This document shows, piece by piece, positions 1 through 9,842 of a stretch of DNA of 52,828 nt (the stretch's first letter is position 1; each line of letters opens with the position of its first letter). This DNA is from Chitinophagaceae bacterium (lineage in GTDB: Bacteria > Bacteroidota > Bacteroidia > Chitinophagales > Chitinophagaceae), in the NCBI GenBank assembly GCA_039932855.1, contig JBDTPD010000001.1, positions 1 to 52,828 on the forward strand. Direction: 5' to 3'. A model generated the notes under the pieces. That model did no database searches, had not been told where the DNA came from, and saw only the letters and a program-made list of their open reading frames with translations. Position numbers and translations under genes: made by a program.

Positions 1-206
1 TTATCTATGAATTCTATGATCATATCAATAGAATAAGAGAATAAACTTAATTCTTGCTTAATTTAATTCCTATAACTAAATTATTCCTAATTTAACATTA
101 TATCTTCAAATCATATAAATATTATAATATTTTAACTTTTTAATATATCCTATATAAATAATATATTCACTCTTAATTTCCCTGATAAAACCAGACGCGA
201 AAATTT

Positions 207-809
207 CTATTCAGCTGGTTCTTTTAATAAGGTCTCTATTTTCTTCATCATTTTATTTATTTCAGTTGGCTTTAATCCATCATAAAGGGCTCTTACTTCC
301 CCCTTTTTATTTACAACTGCCATAAGCTGTGTATGAAGAAAATTATTTTTTGTATCCAACAGGTTATCATTCGGATCATCAAGTGTGTAACTGATCCTTG
401 CCGTGCCATAGAGACTATCTTTTGGCCCAGTAAGAAAGATCCACTTGTGAGTATCAACTTTCATTGAATCAGAATAATACTTTAATTGCTGGACCGAATC
501 CCTTTCGGGATCACAGGTATGGGAAAGGATTAAAAAATCTTTATCATTTTTAAACTTCTCATATACGGGACGAAGGTTATTGTTCATTCTTGGGCAATAA
601 CCTGTACAGTTAGTAAAGAAAAATTCTGCGACGTATACCTTTCCTTTTACATCATCATTGGTAACCCGCTTACCATCCTGGTCCAAAAAAGAAAATGGTT
701 GTACAATTGAGATCGGTGGAGGGGGGGCGATCCATTTCCGGACGATCAGGTAAAAAGCCATCACTAATACCACGAAGAACCCGACGTAAAACATTCCTTT
801 TTTAGACAT
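207..809 (-). CDS. SCO1/SenC-family thioredoxin-fold copper chaperone / thiol-disulfide protein
   Basis: 200 aa with an N-terminal TM anchor. It has the CxxxC motif 'NCTGYCPRM' and a downstream His ('LSHTCDPERD'), typical of the SCO family. Confidence 0.8.
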   Translation of the reverse strand: MSKKGMFYVGFFVVLVMAFYLIVRKWIAPPPPISIVQPFSFLDQDGKRVTNDDVKGKVYVAEFFFTNCTGYCPRMNNNLRPVYEKFKNDKDFLILSHTCDPERDSVQQLKYYSDSMKVDTHKWIFLTGPKDSLYGTARISYTLDDPNDNLLDTKNNFLHTQLMAVVNKKGEVRALYDGLKPTEINKMMKKIETLLKEPAE

Positions 810-893
810 ATTTCTTTTTTAGCGCCACAAAGTTACCGCCATCGCAATCATTATTTGTCATGAGGAAAACAATCTAACACAAATTTTGCAACA

Positions 894-1313
894 ATGTTGC
901 TTTTTTGTACCTTTGACTTCTTGAATTGGAAAATAAACTGGGACGCATTGGGTATTACCGCTTCTGTGGCTTGCGCCATTCACTGTGCCGTTCTGCCTTT
1001 ATTTATTTCGTCTCTGCCACTTTTTGGCGTCAACATCATTCACAATATTCCTTTTGAAGCCGGAATGGTGCTGTTATCGTTCCTGATCGGCTCGTATTCC
1101 TTTTATCACGGATACAAGAAACATCATCATAACAGCCTGCCTTTTCTTTTGTTCAGCGCCGGCCTTGTATTTCTGCTGCTGAAATTGTTCTTCATCCATT
1201 ACGAAGCCTGGTTACTTATACCAGCTGTTATCCTGATCGTATCGGCCCATTTTTTCAACTTCAGGCAGTGCCGTGTACATGATCATGCTCATGCAGACGA
1301 CTGCGATCATTAA
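894..1313 (+). CDS. MerC-domain membrane protein
   Basis: 139 aa with 4 predicted TM segments. It has the MerC-like 'ACAIHCAVLPL' cysteine motif and a His/Cys-rich C-terminus. It is divergent from the SCO gene. Confidence 0.65.
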   Translation: MLLFCTFDFLNWKINWDALGITASVACAIHCAVLPLFISSLPLFGVNIIHNIPFEAGMVLLSFLIGSYSFYHGYKKHHHNSLPFLLFSAGLVFLLLKLFFIHYEAWLLIPAVILIVSAHFFNFRQCRVHDHAHADDCDH

Positions 1314-1359
1314 TTCTCTTTTTATTCTTTTACTTATCTTGACTGCATAATGGTTTATT

Positions 1360-1782
1360 ATGAAGCAGATCTTGTTTTATCTATTTCTCTTAATCAGTCT
1401 TCACGGCGTTGCACAATCAAAAGAAGAATTGATCATCCGCAACATGCTGGATACACAAACACAGGCATGGAACCGTGGCGACCTCGAAGGATTTATGAAA
1501 GGTTACTGGCAAAGCGACTCACTGATGTTTATCGGTAAAAGCGGGGTGACCAATGGCTGGCAAAAGACATTGGACAATTATAAGAAGGGCTATCCGGATA
1601 CTGCCGCAATGGGGAAGTTGTCATTTGAATACATTTCTATAAAACGACTTTCTTTTCAATATTTCTATGTAATAGGTAAATGGTACCTGAAGCGCAGCAT
1701 CGGAGATGTAAGCGGACATTATACACTTCTTATAAAAAAAATAAAAGGGCAGTGGGTGATCATTGCCGATCACAGTAGTTAA
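1360..1782 (+). CDS. secreted NTF2-like (SnoaL/DUF4440-type) protein
   Basis: 140 aa with a signal peptide (MKQILFYLFLLISLHGVAQ). The pattern 'MLDTQTQAWNRGDLEGF' is typical of the NTF2-like fold. The overlapping ORF 1350..1538 is rejected. Confidence 0.55.
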   Translation: MKQILFYLFLLISLHGVAQSKEELIIRNMLDTQTQAWNRGDLEGFMKGYWQSDSLMFIGKSGVTNGWQKTLDNYKKGYPDTAAMGKLSFEYISIKRLSFQYFYVIGKWYLKRSIGDVSGHYTLLIKKIKGQWVIIADHSS

Positions 1783-1845
1783 CATGAGTGCATGCCCAAG
1801 CTCATGATCTTCTGATGAAGCATTGCCAACTGCCGACTGCTGACT

Positions 1846-2262
1846 TTACTCAAGCTGCAATGCATATCGTTGTCTCATCTTTGCAAATACAACATAGGAT
1901 ATACTTAATCCTATTGCAGAAAAAAGGATGTCATATATATCAAACGTTCTCCCGAAGATTGGAATAAGTTGCAGGTATTCATTAAACACCAGCATACCAA
2001 AGCCGAGTGAACATATTATCCGCAGATCATAATTGGACCGGATATGAAATATACGTGCGAGTAAATAATTGTGTCCGCTGAAAAACCAGTAAGCGCCAAA
2101 TGGTATCAGAAAAGAACCGATGAAGTTAGGAGCAATACCAAAGAAGAAACGCATTGGGTCATCAAAGAAGTGAAGGGGACGGATAATTAGTTTAATTGCC
2201 CAGATAACCAGCGCACCGGCTATCACTATCCATTTACTGATCTGTTTTAATTCCATATGCAT
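1846..2262 (-). CDS. hypothetical multi-pass membrane protein
   Basis: 138-aa ORF with about 4 hydrophobic segments. No motif recognised. Confidence 0.4.
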   Translation of the reverse strand: MHMELKQISKWIVIAGALVIWAIKLIIRPLHFFDDPMRFFFGIAPNFIGSFLIPFGAYWFFSGHNYLLARIFHIRSNYDLRIICSLGFGMLVFNEYLQLIPIFGRTFDIYDILFSAIGLSISYVVFAKMRQRYALQLE

Positions 2263-2293
2263 TTAATGGTTATACGCTGAAAAGGGAAGGAAG

Positions 2294-2530
2294 TTACTTT
2301 CTCCAAGTTCTGTAATAGTATCTTAATAAAAAGAAAAAACTGGTGGCGGCGCATACATAAAATAATATCCTGTAGATAAGTGGTATGCTGCTATCCCAGG
2401 CCAGCCGGAAATAAAGGCCTGCTGTTATCATAATGGCCAACCATAAAATGCCATAGGTAATCGTCGACATGATCTTTTTAAAAAATTCTTTTATTTCCGG
2501 GTCCCACCCCTGTTCCTGTTCTTGTTCCAT
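2294..2530 (-). CDS. hypothetical small membrane protein
   Basis: 78 aa with two hydrophobic helices, in tandem with neighbouring minus-strand genes. Confidence 0.35.
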   Translation of the reverse strand: MEQEQEQGWDPEIKEFFKKIMSTITYGILWLAIMITAGLYFRLAWDSSIPLIYRILFYVCAATSFFFLLRYYYRTWRK

Positions 2531-2565
2531 GCAGCTGAAATTGTAACTACAAGGTAGTTGTTTAT

Positions 2566-3339
2566 TCAGTGCAGGAGGAAACTTCTGAATTCGACGGAGT
2601 CGCCATTGAATACATTGAAGTCTACTTTGGAAGTAATGCCATTTACATTTCCCTGATCATTATGTTGCCAGAAGATCCAGTTACGTTGTATGCGTGGTTG
2701 TTGTTGCTGATAATAATGCGCTACCCACAATGGATACTCATCGAAACCTGTCCCGAGGTTTTGATCATAAAAATCAACATTAGTATAAATGATCGGTTTT
2801 ACTCCGTAATAGGCTTCTACTGTTTCCAGCCATCGTTTCACTTCCCGTTGCAATTGAAGTTTAGATACGCCGTATCGTTGTTCAACGTCCAATACCGGCG
2901 GAAGATCGCCAGTTTCAAGATCTACTTTTTTTATAAAATTTTCCGCTTGTGTCTTTCCGTCTTTGGTAGCAATAAAAAAATGATAGGCTCCGCGAATGAT
3001 ATCATTGCTTTTTGACTTGCGCCAGTTGCGTCGGAACTGCGGGTCCATGTTTCCGATTCCTTCCGTAGCCTTGATAAAAGCAAATCCCATTCGTATGCCG
3101 CGTATATCCATTGACTTTACTTCTTCCCAGGCAATGATATCCTGGTATCTTGATACGTCAATACCGTGGATGATGTAAGAATTAGGAATGTCGATACCGA
3201 ATTCGGGATAATGAGTAAGTTTTGCTTTGCGAAGTTCCAGCCATTGCCAGCCAAAGTATATACCGAAGACCAATGCGCCTGCTATTACAATACTGAGGAC
3301 CCATCTTATAATTTTTTTCTTCAGTCGGCGAGGTGGCAT
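2566..3339 (-). CDS. glycoside hydrolase family 25 lysozyme (muramidase), membrane anchored
   Basis: 257 aa with GH25 signature blocks 'GIDVSRYQDIIAWEEV', 'FAFIKATEG', 'RGAYHFF' and 'GDLPPVLDVE'. Confidence 0.9.
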   Translation of the reverse strand: MPPRRLKKKIIRWVLSIVIAGALVFGIYFGWQWLELRKAKLTHYPEFGIDIPNSYIIHGIDVSRYQDIIAWEEVKSMDIRGIRMGFAFIKATEGIGNMDPQFRRNWRKSKSNDIIRGAYHFFIATKDGKTQAENFIKKVDLETGDLPPVLDVEQRYGVSKLQLQREVKRWLETVEAYYGVKPIIYTNVDFYDQNLGTGFDEYPLWVAHYYQQQQPRIQRNWIFWQHNDQGNVNGITSKVDFNVFNGDSVEFRSFLLH

Positions 3340-3416
3340 TAAGGGAGTTTGATCAGCAAATTTAGAGACTGTCCGGTGCTAAACATAGTTAATTCGGTGA
3401 AATAATAAGAAACAAA

Positions 3417-3532
3417 GAAATACGGAATAAGAAATGAGAAAATAATAGTGTGGAAATAGCAAATGCCTTTCATTACTGAAAAGCACTTACAAGAATCAAA
3501 CGTTACTCTCTTTATTTCTTATTCCGTATTTC
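3417..3532. repeat. inverted repeat / hairpin element directly 3' of the RAYT-like gene
   Basis: The perfect 19-nt arm 'gaaatacggaataagaaat' (3417-3435) pairs with 'atttcttattccgtatttc' (3514-3532). The spacer is about 78 nt. Confidence 0.8.
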
Positions 3533-3544
3533 TCTCTTTCTTTT

Positions 3545-4198
3545 TTAATTGCGAATGTATTTAACCAGAAAGGTCCCATTCATATTTTCTGTTGCTGCCA
3601 GTTGCTGTTCAATGGCTGGTAGTTTGGTAATATTTACCAACCCTTTCATACCTGTATAATCCCTTGCGGAACTATACAGATACTCTGAAGGGGTATCCAC
3701 CACCCTGTCCCGTACAGGATTCTGATGGATATGTTCGAAATGCTCAAGGAGAATATCTTTTTTCTCTAAATCTATATAGAGAGGATTGCTACAGTTTTGC
3801 CAAACATGATACTTCTTCATAGAACCCATCTTGTTTCCAAAATTCTCAAACCGTTCCATCATCCATTCTTTTCTGATCTCTGGTTCTGTATCGATCGCTT
3901 CAAGAATTTTTGTTGTGGTAAAGGATTTATATTCTTTTTCCACTTCTGCAATAACAGGACCGTTATCAGCTCTTGCTAATAAATGCAAGTGATGAGGCAT
4001 AAGGCACCATGCATATAGTTCTAATCCCTTACTATCTATAAAGTGATTCAACGTATGTACGATCACCTGTTTGTATACCGGCCTGATGAAAATATCAATC
4101 CAATCAACTGTTTGAAGGGTGATAAAGTAACAGGCTCTTTTGTCTCCGAATTCATCACTACGCATACGGCACATGTTTGATTGATCAAGCATAAGCAA
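3545..4198 (-). CDS. IS200/IS605-like Y1 HUH transposase domain protein, REP-associated tyrosine transposase (RAYT)-like
   Basis: 217 aa with the HUH motif 'PHHLHLLA' and a C-terminal catalytic-Tyr block 'PSEYLYSSARDY'. No TnpB partner and no IS ends were seen. The exact start is uncertain, as there are several in-frame Met codons. Confidence 0.75.
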   Translation of the reverse strand: MLMLDQSNMCRMRSDEFGDKRACYFITLQTVDWIDIFIRPVYKQVIVHTLNHFIDSKGLELYAWCLMPHHLHLLARADNGPVIAEVEKEYKSFTTTKILEAIDTEPEIRKEWMMERFENFGNKMGSMKKYHVWQNCSNPLYIDLEKKDILLEHFEHIHQNPVRDRVVDTPSEYLYSSARDYTGMKGLVNITKLPAIEQQLAATENMNGTFLVKYIRN

Positions 4199-4433
4199 AT
4201 GCTGTTCCGATTCATTAAAAATGTTAATAACTCATATAAAATTACCGCTATGAGGTATCGCTTTCAGTGTAATTGATCGACGAATGACGTATTTCTACCG
4301 TTTTCAGTGTTCATCGATCAACCCTTTGTTTCCGTCTTAACTGCGACACTGTTGATCCAAATTCAAAATTTCCGCTGATTCAGGGAGCTAGTTTTACAAC
4401 ATCGCTTTTATTCAATCATAAAAAAAATATACG

Positions 4434-4790
4434 ATGAAAAAGAATCTGACAACAATCATAGCCACCCTTATCCTGGTATTTATTTCAGTTGCGGGTCATG
4501 CACAAGATGAACAAGTAAGTACACCAAAAGCAAAATGGATATCTGATAAAGGTTTTTGGGTGGTAGAAGGTAATGTAAACAATGCCTTAGAGCATACGCT
4601 CCATTTCTACAATAACAACAAAGTAGAAATTTATAAAGAAACAGTCTCAGGTGTTAAGCTTAAGCTGAATAAGCGCAAAACACTTATGCAAATGAAAAGC
4701 GTGTTGGAAAATGCAGTAATTGCATGGGAACAAAAACAACCCCTCAATGAGAATGGAAAATATTTTATCGCAGCCATTCAGAAACAGTAG
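4434..4790 (+). CDS. hypothetical secreted protein
   Basis: 118 aa with a signal peptide (…VFISVAGHAQ). No motif recognised. Confidence 0.5.
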   Translation: MKKNLTTIIATLILVFISVAGHAQDEQVSTPKAKWISDKGFWVVEGNVNNALEHTLHFYNNNKVEIYKETVSGVKLKLNKRKTLMQMKSVLENAVIAWEQKQPLNENGKYFIAAIQKQ

Positions 4791-4914
4791 GCAGTCTATC
4801 AGTGGGCAGTCGGCAGTCACAGGTTTCAATTATTTACTTTCATTAAGTGTTCAGACCAACAAGACCATAAATGATGTCAGGTACTGACTGCGAACTGATA
4901 GACTGCTGACTGAC
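4788..4914. repeat. imperfect inverted repeat of the 'gcagtcggcagtc' family
   Basis: 'ggcagtctatcagtgggcagtcggcagtcac' (about 4790-4820) faces 'ctgactgcgaactgatagactgctgactgac' (about 4885-4914). Related short motifs occur at 1822-1843 and 33763-33786. Confidence 0.6.
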
Positions 4915-5082
4915 AAACCGATCTTAAGCATACCTGGTTCAACCAGGAACCCCCTGTCCGGTTCTCCGGATGGGGCTTTTACTTTTAAGGCATTAAATTC
5001 TTTCGTCGACGAAAACCTGATTTTAAGCGACAATACCAGTCTCAGCTAAGAACTACCCTCTACAAGTTGTAATTTAGTTTAC

Positions 5083-6240
5083 ATGATTGACAGGTATCCA
5101 TTCATATTTTCCAATGAATTTAAGTATCGCTTCAAGCGGCACTTTGCTTTTTGGTTTTGCTGGTGGATATTCCAGGCTATTCTTTATTCAATGGTAGCTG
5201 TAAATAGCGCATACTATTTCAGTTTACGAATACAGTCATCTACCCTCGAAGCTCTTATCTACCTGATACCTCATATGTTTATGGCCTATACACTGATGTA
5301 TTTTGTATTGCCAGTGTATGTGTTGAAACAAAAGTATTGGATGGCGGCAACATGGGTAATCATTCTGTCTCTCGCTACTGCTGGCCTGTCTGCAACATTG
5401 GGTATTACGATTATCCAAACAATAAGGATTTGTGTGCTGGGTAGTTTGTATAATGGCGCTCCGGAGAGCCAGCCCGTAAACGCAGTCTTTCTTTCATTGA
5501 TGGCCGGTCTTCGCGGTGCTATTACCATTGGTGGTGTAGCAGCTGCCATCAAACTGATGAAATACTGGTATATCAAAGAGCAGCGCAATCTTCAACTACA
5601 AAAAGAAAATCTTGCTTCACAATTACAATTATTAAAAGCACAGATACATCCGCACTTTCTTTTTAATACACTTAATAACATCTATTCTTATACACAAAAA
5701 GTTTCTCCAACTGCTTCTACATTAGTTATAGGTCTTTCTGATCTGATGCGATACATATTACATGAAGGAAGCCGCCAGTCAGTTCTTTTATCAAAAGAAT
5801 TGAAAATGATCAATGATTATATATCATTGGAACAGGTACGCTATGGTAATAGCCTTGACATTAATAAAGAAATGCCTGCAGATACAGGCGATCTGCATAT
5901 TGCACCTCTTTTGCTATTACCATTTGTAGAAAATTGTTTTAAACACGGTACCAGCGGCATGCTGGAGCAACCATGGATAAGACTGTTAGTAGAAGCAGAA
6001 GGCAATAAAATGAAAATGACGCTGATGAATGCGAAGTTTCCAGGCGCCACAAAGAAAGAACCTGTATCAGGCATTGGTATCAGCAATGTGAAAAAAAGGT
6101 TAGCATTGCTTTATCCTGATAAACATCAGTTGACTATAACAGAAGAAGAGGATATATACATTGTCAATCTTTCTATTGAGCTTGAATCAATACCAAAAGC
6201 TGTTATACTCAAAGAAGTAACTGAAATGAGTTATGCATGA
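5083..6240 (+). CDS. LytS/YehU-type sensor histidine kinase (membrane)
   Basis: 385 aa with an N-terminal multi-TM region. The His_kinase block 'IHPHFLFNTLNNI' and a C-terminal GHKL ATPase region are present. It overlaps the downstream response regulator by 8 nt. Confidence 0.85.
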   Translation: MIDRYPFIFSNEFKYRFKRHFAFWFCWWIFQAILYSMVAVNSAYYFSLRIQSSTLEALIYLIPHMFMAYTLMYFVLPVYVLKQKYWMAATWVIILSLATAGLSATLGITIIQTIRICVLGSLYNGAPESQPVNAVFLSLMAGLRGAITIGGVAAAIKLMKYWYIKEQRNLQLQKENLASQLQLLKAQIHPHFLFNTLNNIYSYTQKVSPTASTLVIGLSDLMRYILHEGSRQSVLLSKELKMINDYISLEQVRYGNSLDINKEMPADTGDLHIAPLLLLPFVENCFKHGTSGMLEQPWIRLLVEAEGNKMKMTLMNAKFPGATKKEPVSGIGISNVKKRLALLYPDKHQLTITEEEDIYIVNLSIELESIPKAVILKEVTEMSYA

Positions 6241-6952
6241 TCAGCCCATCATAAAATGTCTTATCATCGATGATGAACCTCCGGCAAGGGACATCATCCG
6301 CCGCTATGCAGAACAGGTATCGTCATTAGAGATAATAGGTGAATATGGGAATGCAATTCAGGCCTTTGGTGCCTTACAGCAGCACTCAATTGATCTGTTA
6401 TTCTTAGACATACAGATGCCGCAGCTTACCGGAACTGATTTTATAAAAACACTGAGCAATCCTCCGAAAGTAATTTTCACCACTGCCTTTCCTGAATATG
6501 CGGTAGAAGGATATGAACTGGATGCAGTAGACTACCTGGTAAAACCTATCCGCTTTGAACGTTTTTTAAAAGCTATCAATAAAACATTTTCGACTACTTT
6601 AAGTAAACAAGCTGTTATCGCACCTGTTGTTGAAGAAAAAAAAGAAGAATCATTCGTTTACTTCCGGGCCGATCGCAAAATGGTAAAGGTGATGTTGGGT
6701 GACATCCTGTATATCGAAAGCATGAAAGACTATATAAAGATCGTAACAAAGCAGGGAGTTGTGATTACCAAGCAATCTATCAGTTCTGTTGAAGCAATGC
6801 TTCCCGAAAAAGAATTTGTCCGCGTTCACCGCTCTTATATTGTCTCGCTCAACAAGATCAAATCATTTACTACTGAATTAATGGAAGTAGAGAAAACAGA
6901 AATTCCTATTGGAAAACTCTATCGGAATGAAGTCTTAAAAATGATTGGATAA
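6233..6952 (+). CDS. LytTR-family response regulator
   Basis: 239 aa with a receiver domain ('LIIDDEPPA…DLLFLDIQMP') and a C-terminal LytTR DNA-binding domain ('ILYIESMKDYIKI…FVRVHRSYIV'). Confidence 0.9.
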   Translation: MHDQPIIKCLIIDDEPPARDIIRRYAEQVSSLEIIGEYGNAIQAFGALQQHSIDLLFLDIQMPQLTGTDFIKTLSNPPKVIFTTAFPEYAVEGYELDAVDYLVKPIRFERFLKAINKTFSTTLSKQAVIAPVVEEKKEESFVYFRADRKMVKVMLGDILYIESMKDYIKIVTKQGVVITKQSISSVEAMLPEKEFVRVHRSYIVSLNKIKSFTTELMEVEKTEIPIGKLYRNEVLKMIG

Positions 6953-6985
6953 AGTGGAAGTGTTTGCAGCCTATAAACGCTTTTT

Positions 6986-7092
6986 GACACAGAGAGCCAC
7001 AAAGAAGCCCAGAGTTTCTCAGAGTTCTTTTCAGTTACATATTGTTTACTGATCTCTGCGGTTCTCTGGGCTTCTTTGTGGCTCTCTGTGTC
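6986..7092. repeat. REP-like hairpin, 'cagagagccacaaagaag' family (copy 1)
   Basis: Perfect 29-nt arms at 6986-7014 ('gacacagagagccacaaagaagcccagag') and 7064-7092. The element lies between convergent genes. Confidence 0.85.
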
Positions 7093-7142
7093 GAAATCAA
7101 ACTATAAGCTGAAGGTTTTTACAACAACTATGCACCGTTGAT

Positions 7143-9488
7143 TTATTCTAAAATCCGCAGCTTCGCATAATTGAGCATGATCTTTTTCTCACCATTATGC
7201 TCAAACTTCACAGTAGCAATCGGATTATGCGCAGCGCCTTCCATTTTAATGACTTCACCAAATCCAAATTTCTGATGCTCTACTTTCTGACCGGCCTGCA
7301 GATTAGTAGTATCGCTGGCTTTGAAATCCTCAGAAGGCGTATGTTGTTTTAATGCTTGTATATTGACCTTGGGTGCTAAGTAAGTAGGCGTAGAAGATTG
7401 TTTGGACGGAGGCGCGCCATATCTTTTTTCCGCTTCTTTCACATCATTCGATCCATAACCTCCACGCATTCTGTCAAACGCAGAACCGGATGACCAGTTA
7501 CCCTGGTTCTTTGCTCCACCACCTGCAAAGCTGCGATCGAGATTATCGGCTGGTATTTCATCGATGAACCGGCTTGGTTCATTTTGAACAAGCGTTCCAA
7601 ACCGGTATCGTGAATTAGCATAAGTGATCCACAATTTTTTCTTCGCTCTCGTGATCACGACATAAAACAAGCGTCGCTCTTCTTCTAATTCCTCGCGTGT
7701 ATTAATGCTCATGGCATTGGGGAAAAGCATTTCTTCCAAACCAGCAGCGAATACAACTCCGAACTCCAATCCTTTTGCCGCGTGGATAGTCATTAATTTA
7801 ACAGTATCAGCATTTGGATCTTTCTGATCTGAATCGGTCAACAGGGTTATCTGTTGCAGATAAGCGCCAAGACTTTTATCAACTACTTCACCATCTTCAT
7901 TATCCGGACTTTCCACCCATTCTTTAATAGAGTTCAATAACTCCTGGATATTCTCATAACGTGCTAAGCCTTCTGTGCTTTTATCATTAAAAAGTTCCTT
8001 CGTGATATTTGTTTGTTTTCCTACATGCGATGCTACTTCATAGGCATTATGCTTTTGCAGCATGCTGGTAAAACTCCTTATCATCAATACAAAATCCTGC
8101 AGGACGGTCAATGTACCGGCACGGAAACCATATTGGTCTGCATGCTGCAGCACTTCCCACATGGAAATATCCTTTTCATTAGCAGCAAGCACCAGTTTAT
8201 CAATAGATGTTTTACCAATTCCTCTTACAGGGTAATTGATGATCCTTTTCAATGCTTCTTCATCTTTCGGATTTACCAACAGACGGAGGTAAGAAACCAG
8301 GTCCTTTACCTCTTTACGTTGATAGAAACTAATACCACCATACATAGTATAAGCAATACCCATCCGGCGAAGGGCTTCTTCAAACGCACGGCTTTGTGAA
8401 TTGGTGCGGTAAAGAATAGCAAAATCTCTATTGGAAAAATGATTACGTAGTTTTTGTTCCTGGATCGTATCGGCAACAAACTTTCCTTCTTCGTTATCAG
8501 TCATCGTCCGCACCAGCTTGATCTTTTCACCTTCTGCATTTTCAGTGAACAATACTTTTTCAATCTGGCTCTTATTATTTTTGATGACTTCATTGGCGAC
8601 GTTCAGGATACTTTTTGTACTGCGATAATTTTGTTCCAGCTTAACCACTTTTACATTATCATAATCCTTTTGAAACTGCAGGATGTTTTCAATGGTCGCT
8701 CCGCGGAAGCTATAAATACTTTGTGCATCATCTCCTACCACGCAGACATTCTCATGCATGGCGCCAAGTAATTTGATGATCTCGTACTGGGCAGGGTTTG
8801 TATCCTGGTACTCATCGATCAGGATGTATTTGAATTTGCGTTGGTATTTACTTAAAGCTTCCGGTTGTGTTTTCAGTAATTCGTAAAATTTAAGCAACAG
8901 GTCATCAAAATCCATAGCGCCATTTTTAGAACAGCGTTTTACATACGCATCATAGATCTGCGCAATAGCCGGGCGGTTAGCACGCATATCTTCCTGTTGC
9001 AGATAATAATCAGCGGCGTATGCTGCTGGTCCTACCAACGCGTTTTTTGCAGACGATATCCTGTTATATACTGTATTGGGTTTGTAATGCTTGTCATCCA
9101 GTTCCATTTCATTGATAACAGTCTTCACCACACTTTTGGCATCATCTGTATCATAGATCGTGAATTGATTAGGATAACCGATGCGGTGGGCTTCAGCACG
9201 AAGTATTCTTGCAAATACAGAGTGAAACGTACCGATATAAAGATTGCGGGCTTCATTATTTCCTAATATCCTTTCTACCCGCTCTTTCATTTCTTTCGCG
9301 GCCTTATTGGTAAAGGTTAGAGCCAGTATATTAAAGGAATCTACTCCGTTTGCCATCAGGTGCGCAATACGGGTAGTTAATACTTTTGTCTTACCGCTGC
9401 CGGCCCCGGCCACGATCATCAGGGGACCATTAATATGTAATACGGCCTCACGTTGTCTTTCGTTCAAATCCTTCAGATAGTCTTGCAT
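7143..9488 (-). CDS. UvrD/PcrA/Rep-family ATP-dependent DNA helicase
   Basis: 781 aa with Walker A 'AGAGSGKT' and the blocks 'DEYQDTN', 'QNYRST' and 'TIHAAKGLEF'. There is a C-terminal extension. Confidence 0.95.
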   Translation of the reverse strand: MQDYLKDLNERQREAVLHINGPLMIVAGAGSGKTKVLTTRIAHLMANGVDSFNILALTFTNKAAKEMKERVERILGNNEARNLYIGTFHSVFARILRAEAHRIGYPNQFTIYDTDDAKSVVKTVINEMELDDKHYKPNTVYNRISSAKNALVGPAAYAADYYLQQEDMRANRPAIAQIYDAYVKRCSKNGAMDFDDLLLKFYELLKTQPEALSKYQRKFKYILIDEYQDTNPAQYEIIKLLGAMHENVCVVGDDAQSIYSFRGATIENILQFQKDYDNVKVVKLEQNYRSTKSILNVANEVIKNNKSQIEKVLFTENAEGEKIKLVRTMTDNEEGKFVADTIQEQKLRNHFSNRDFAILYRTNSQSRAFEEALRRMGIAYTMYGGISFYQRKEVKDLVSYLRLLVNPKDEEALKRIINYPVRGIGKTSIDKLVLAANEKDISMWEVLQHADQYGFRAGTLTVLQDFVLMIRSFTSMLQKHNAYEVASHVGKQTNITKELFNDKSTEGLARYENIQELLNSIKEWVESPDNEDGEVVDKSLGAYLQQITLLTDSDQKDPNADTVKLMTIHAAKGLEFGVVFAAGLEEMLFPNAMSINTREELEEERRLFYVVITRAKKKLWITYANSRYRFGTLVQNEPSRFIDEIPADNLDRSFAGGGAKNQGNWSSGSAFDRMRGGYGSNDVKEAEKRYGAPPSKQSSTPTYLAPKVNIQALKQHTPSEDFKASDTTNLQAGQKVEHQKFGFGEVIKMEGAAHNPIATVKFEHNGEKKIMLNYAKLRILE

Positions 9489-9589
9489 ATCGCGAATTTA
9501 CGACAAGGGATAGTGAGGCGGAAAGTCTGGCCTGATATTTATATTATTTAAAGGAGAAACTAATTATTCAACTAATAAAACAGTGCACT

Positions 9590-9811
9590 ATGAACAAATT
9601 ACTGACAGGATTGGCGATCGGGGTGGCCATCGGTATATTACTGGCTCCGGATAAGGGATCAGAAACCCGTAAAAAAATCGCTGAGAAGGGAAACGATCTG
9701 AAAGACATGTTTAATGATTTTGTAGACACCCTGTCTGACAAGATTGATTCTATCAGGGGACAGGCAGAAGATGTAGTCGAATCTGCAAAGGCTGAACCCT
9801 ATTCTGTATAA
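9590..9811 (+). CDS. YtxH-domain small protein
   Basis: 73 aa. 'GLAIGVAIGILLAPDKGSETRKK' matches the typical YtxH N-terminus. Confidence 0.7.
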   Translation: MNKLLTGLAIGVAIGILLAPDKGSETRKKIAEKGNDLKDMFNDFVDTLSDKIDSIRGQAEDVVESAKAEPYSV

Positions 9812-9842
9812 TATCAGCACCTGATCTTCTACTAAAAAGACA

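Noticed and set aside
4851-5033. 60-aa ORF between the hypothetical secreted protein gene and the LytS kinase gene
   Set aside because: It overlaps the 'gcagtcggcagtc'-family inverted repeat and the promoter region. It is short and has no motif.
7439-9480. Several 60-128-aa ORFs inside or antisense to the UvrD-type helicase gene
   Set aside because: These are shadow ORFs fully contained in a strongly supported 781-aa CDS. They have no motifs.
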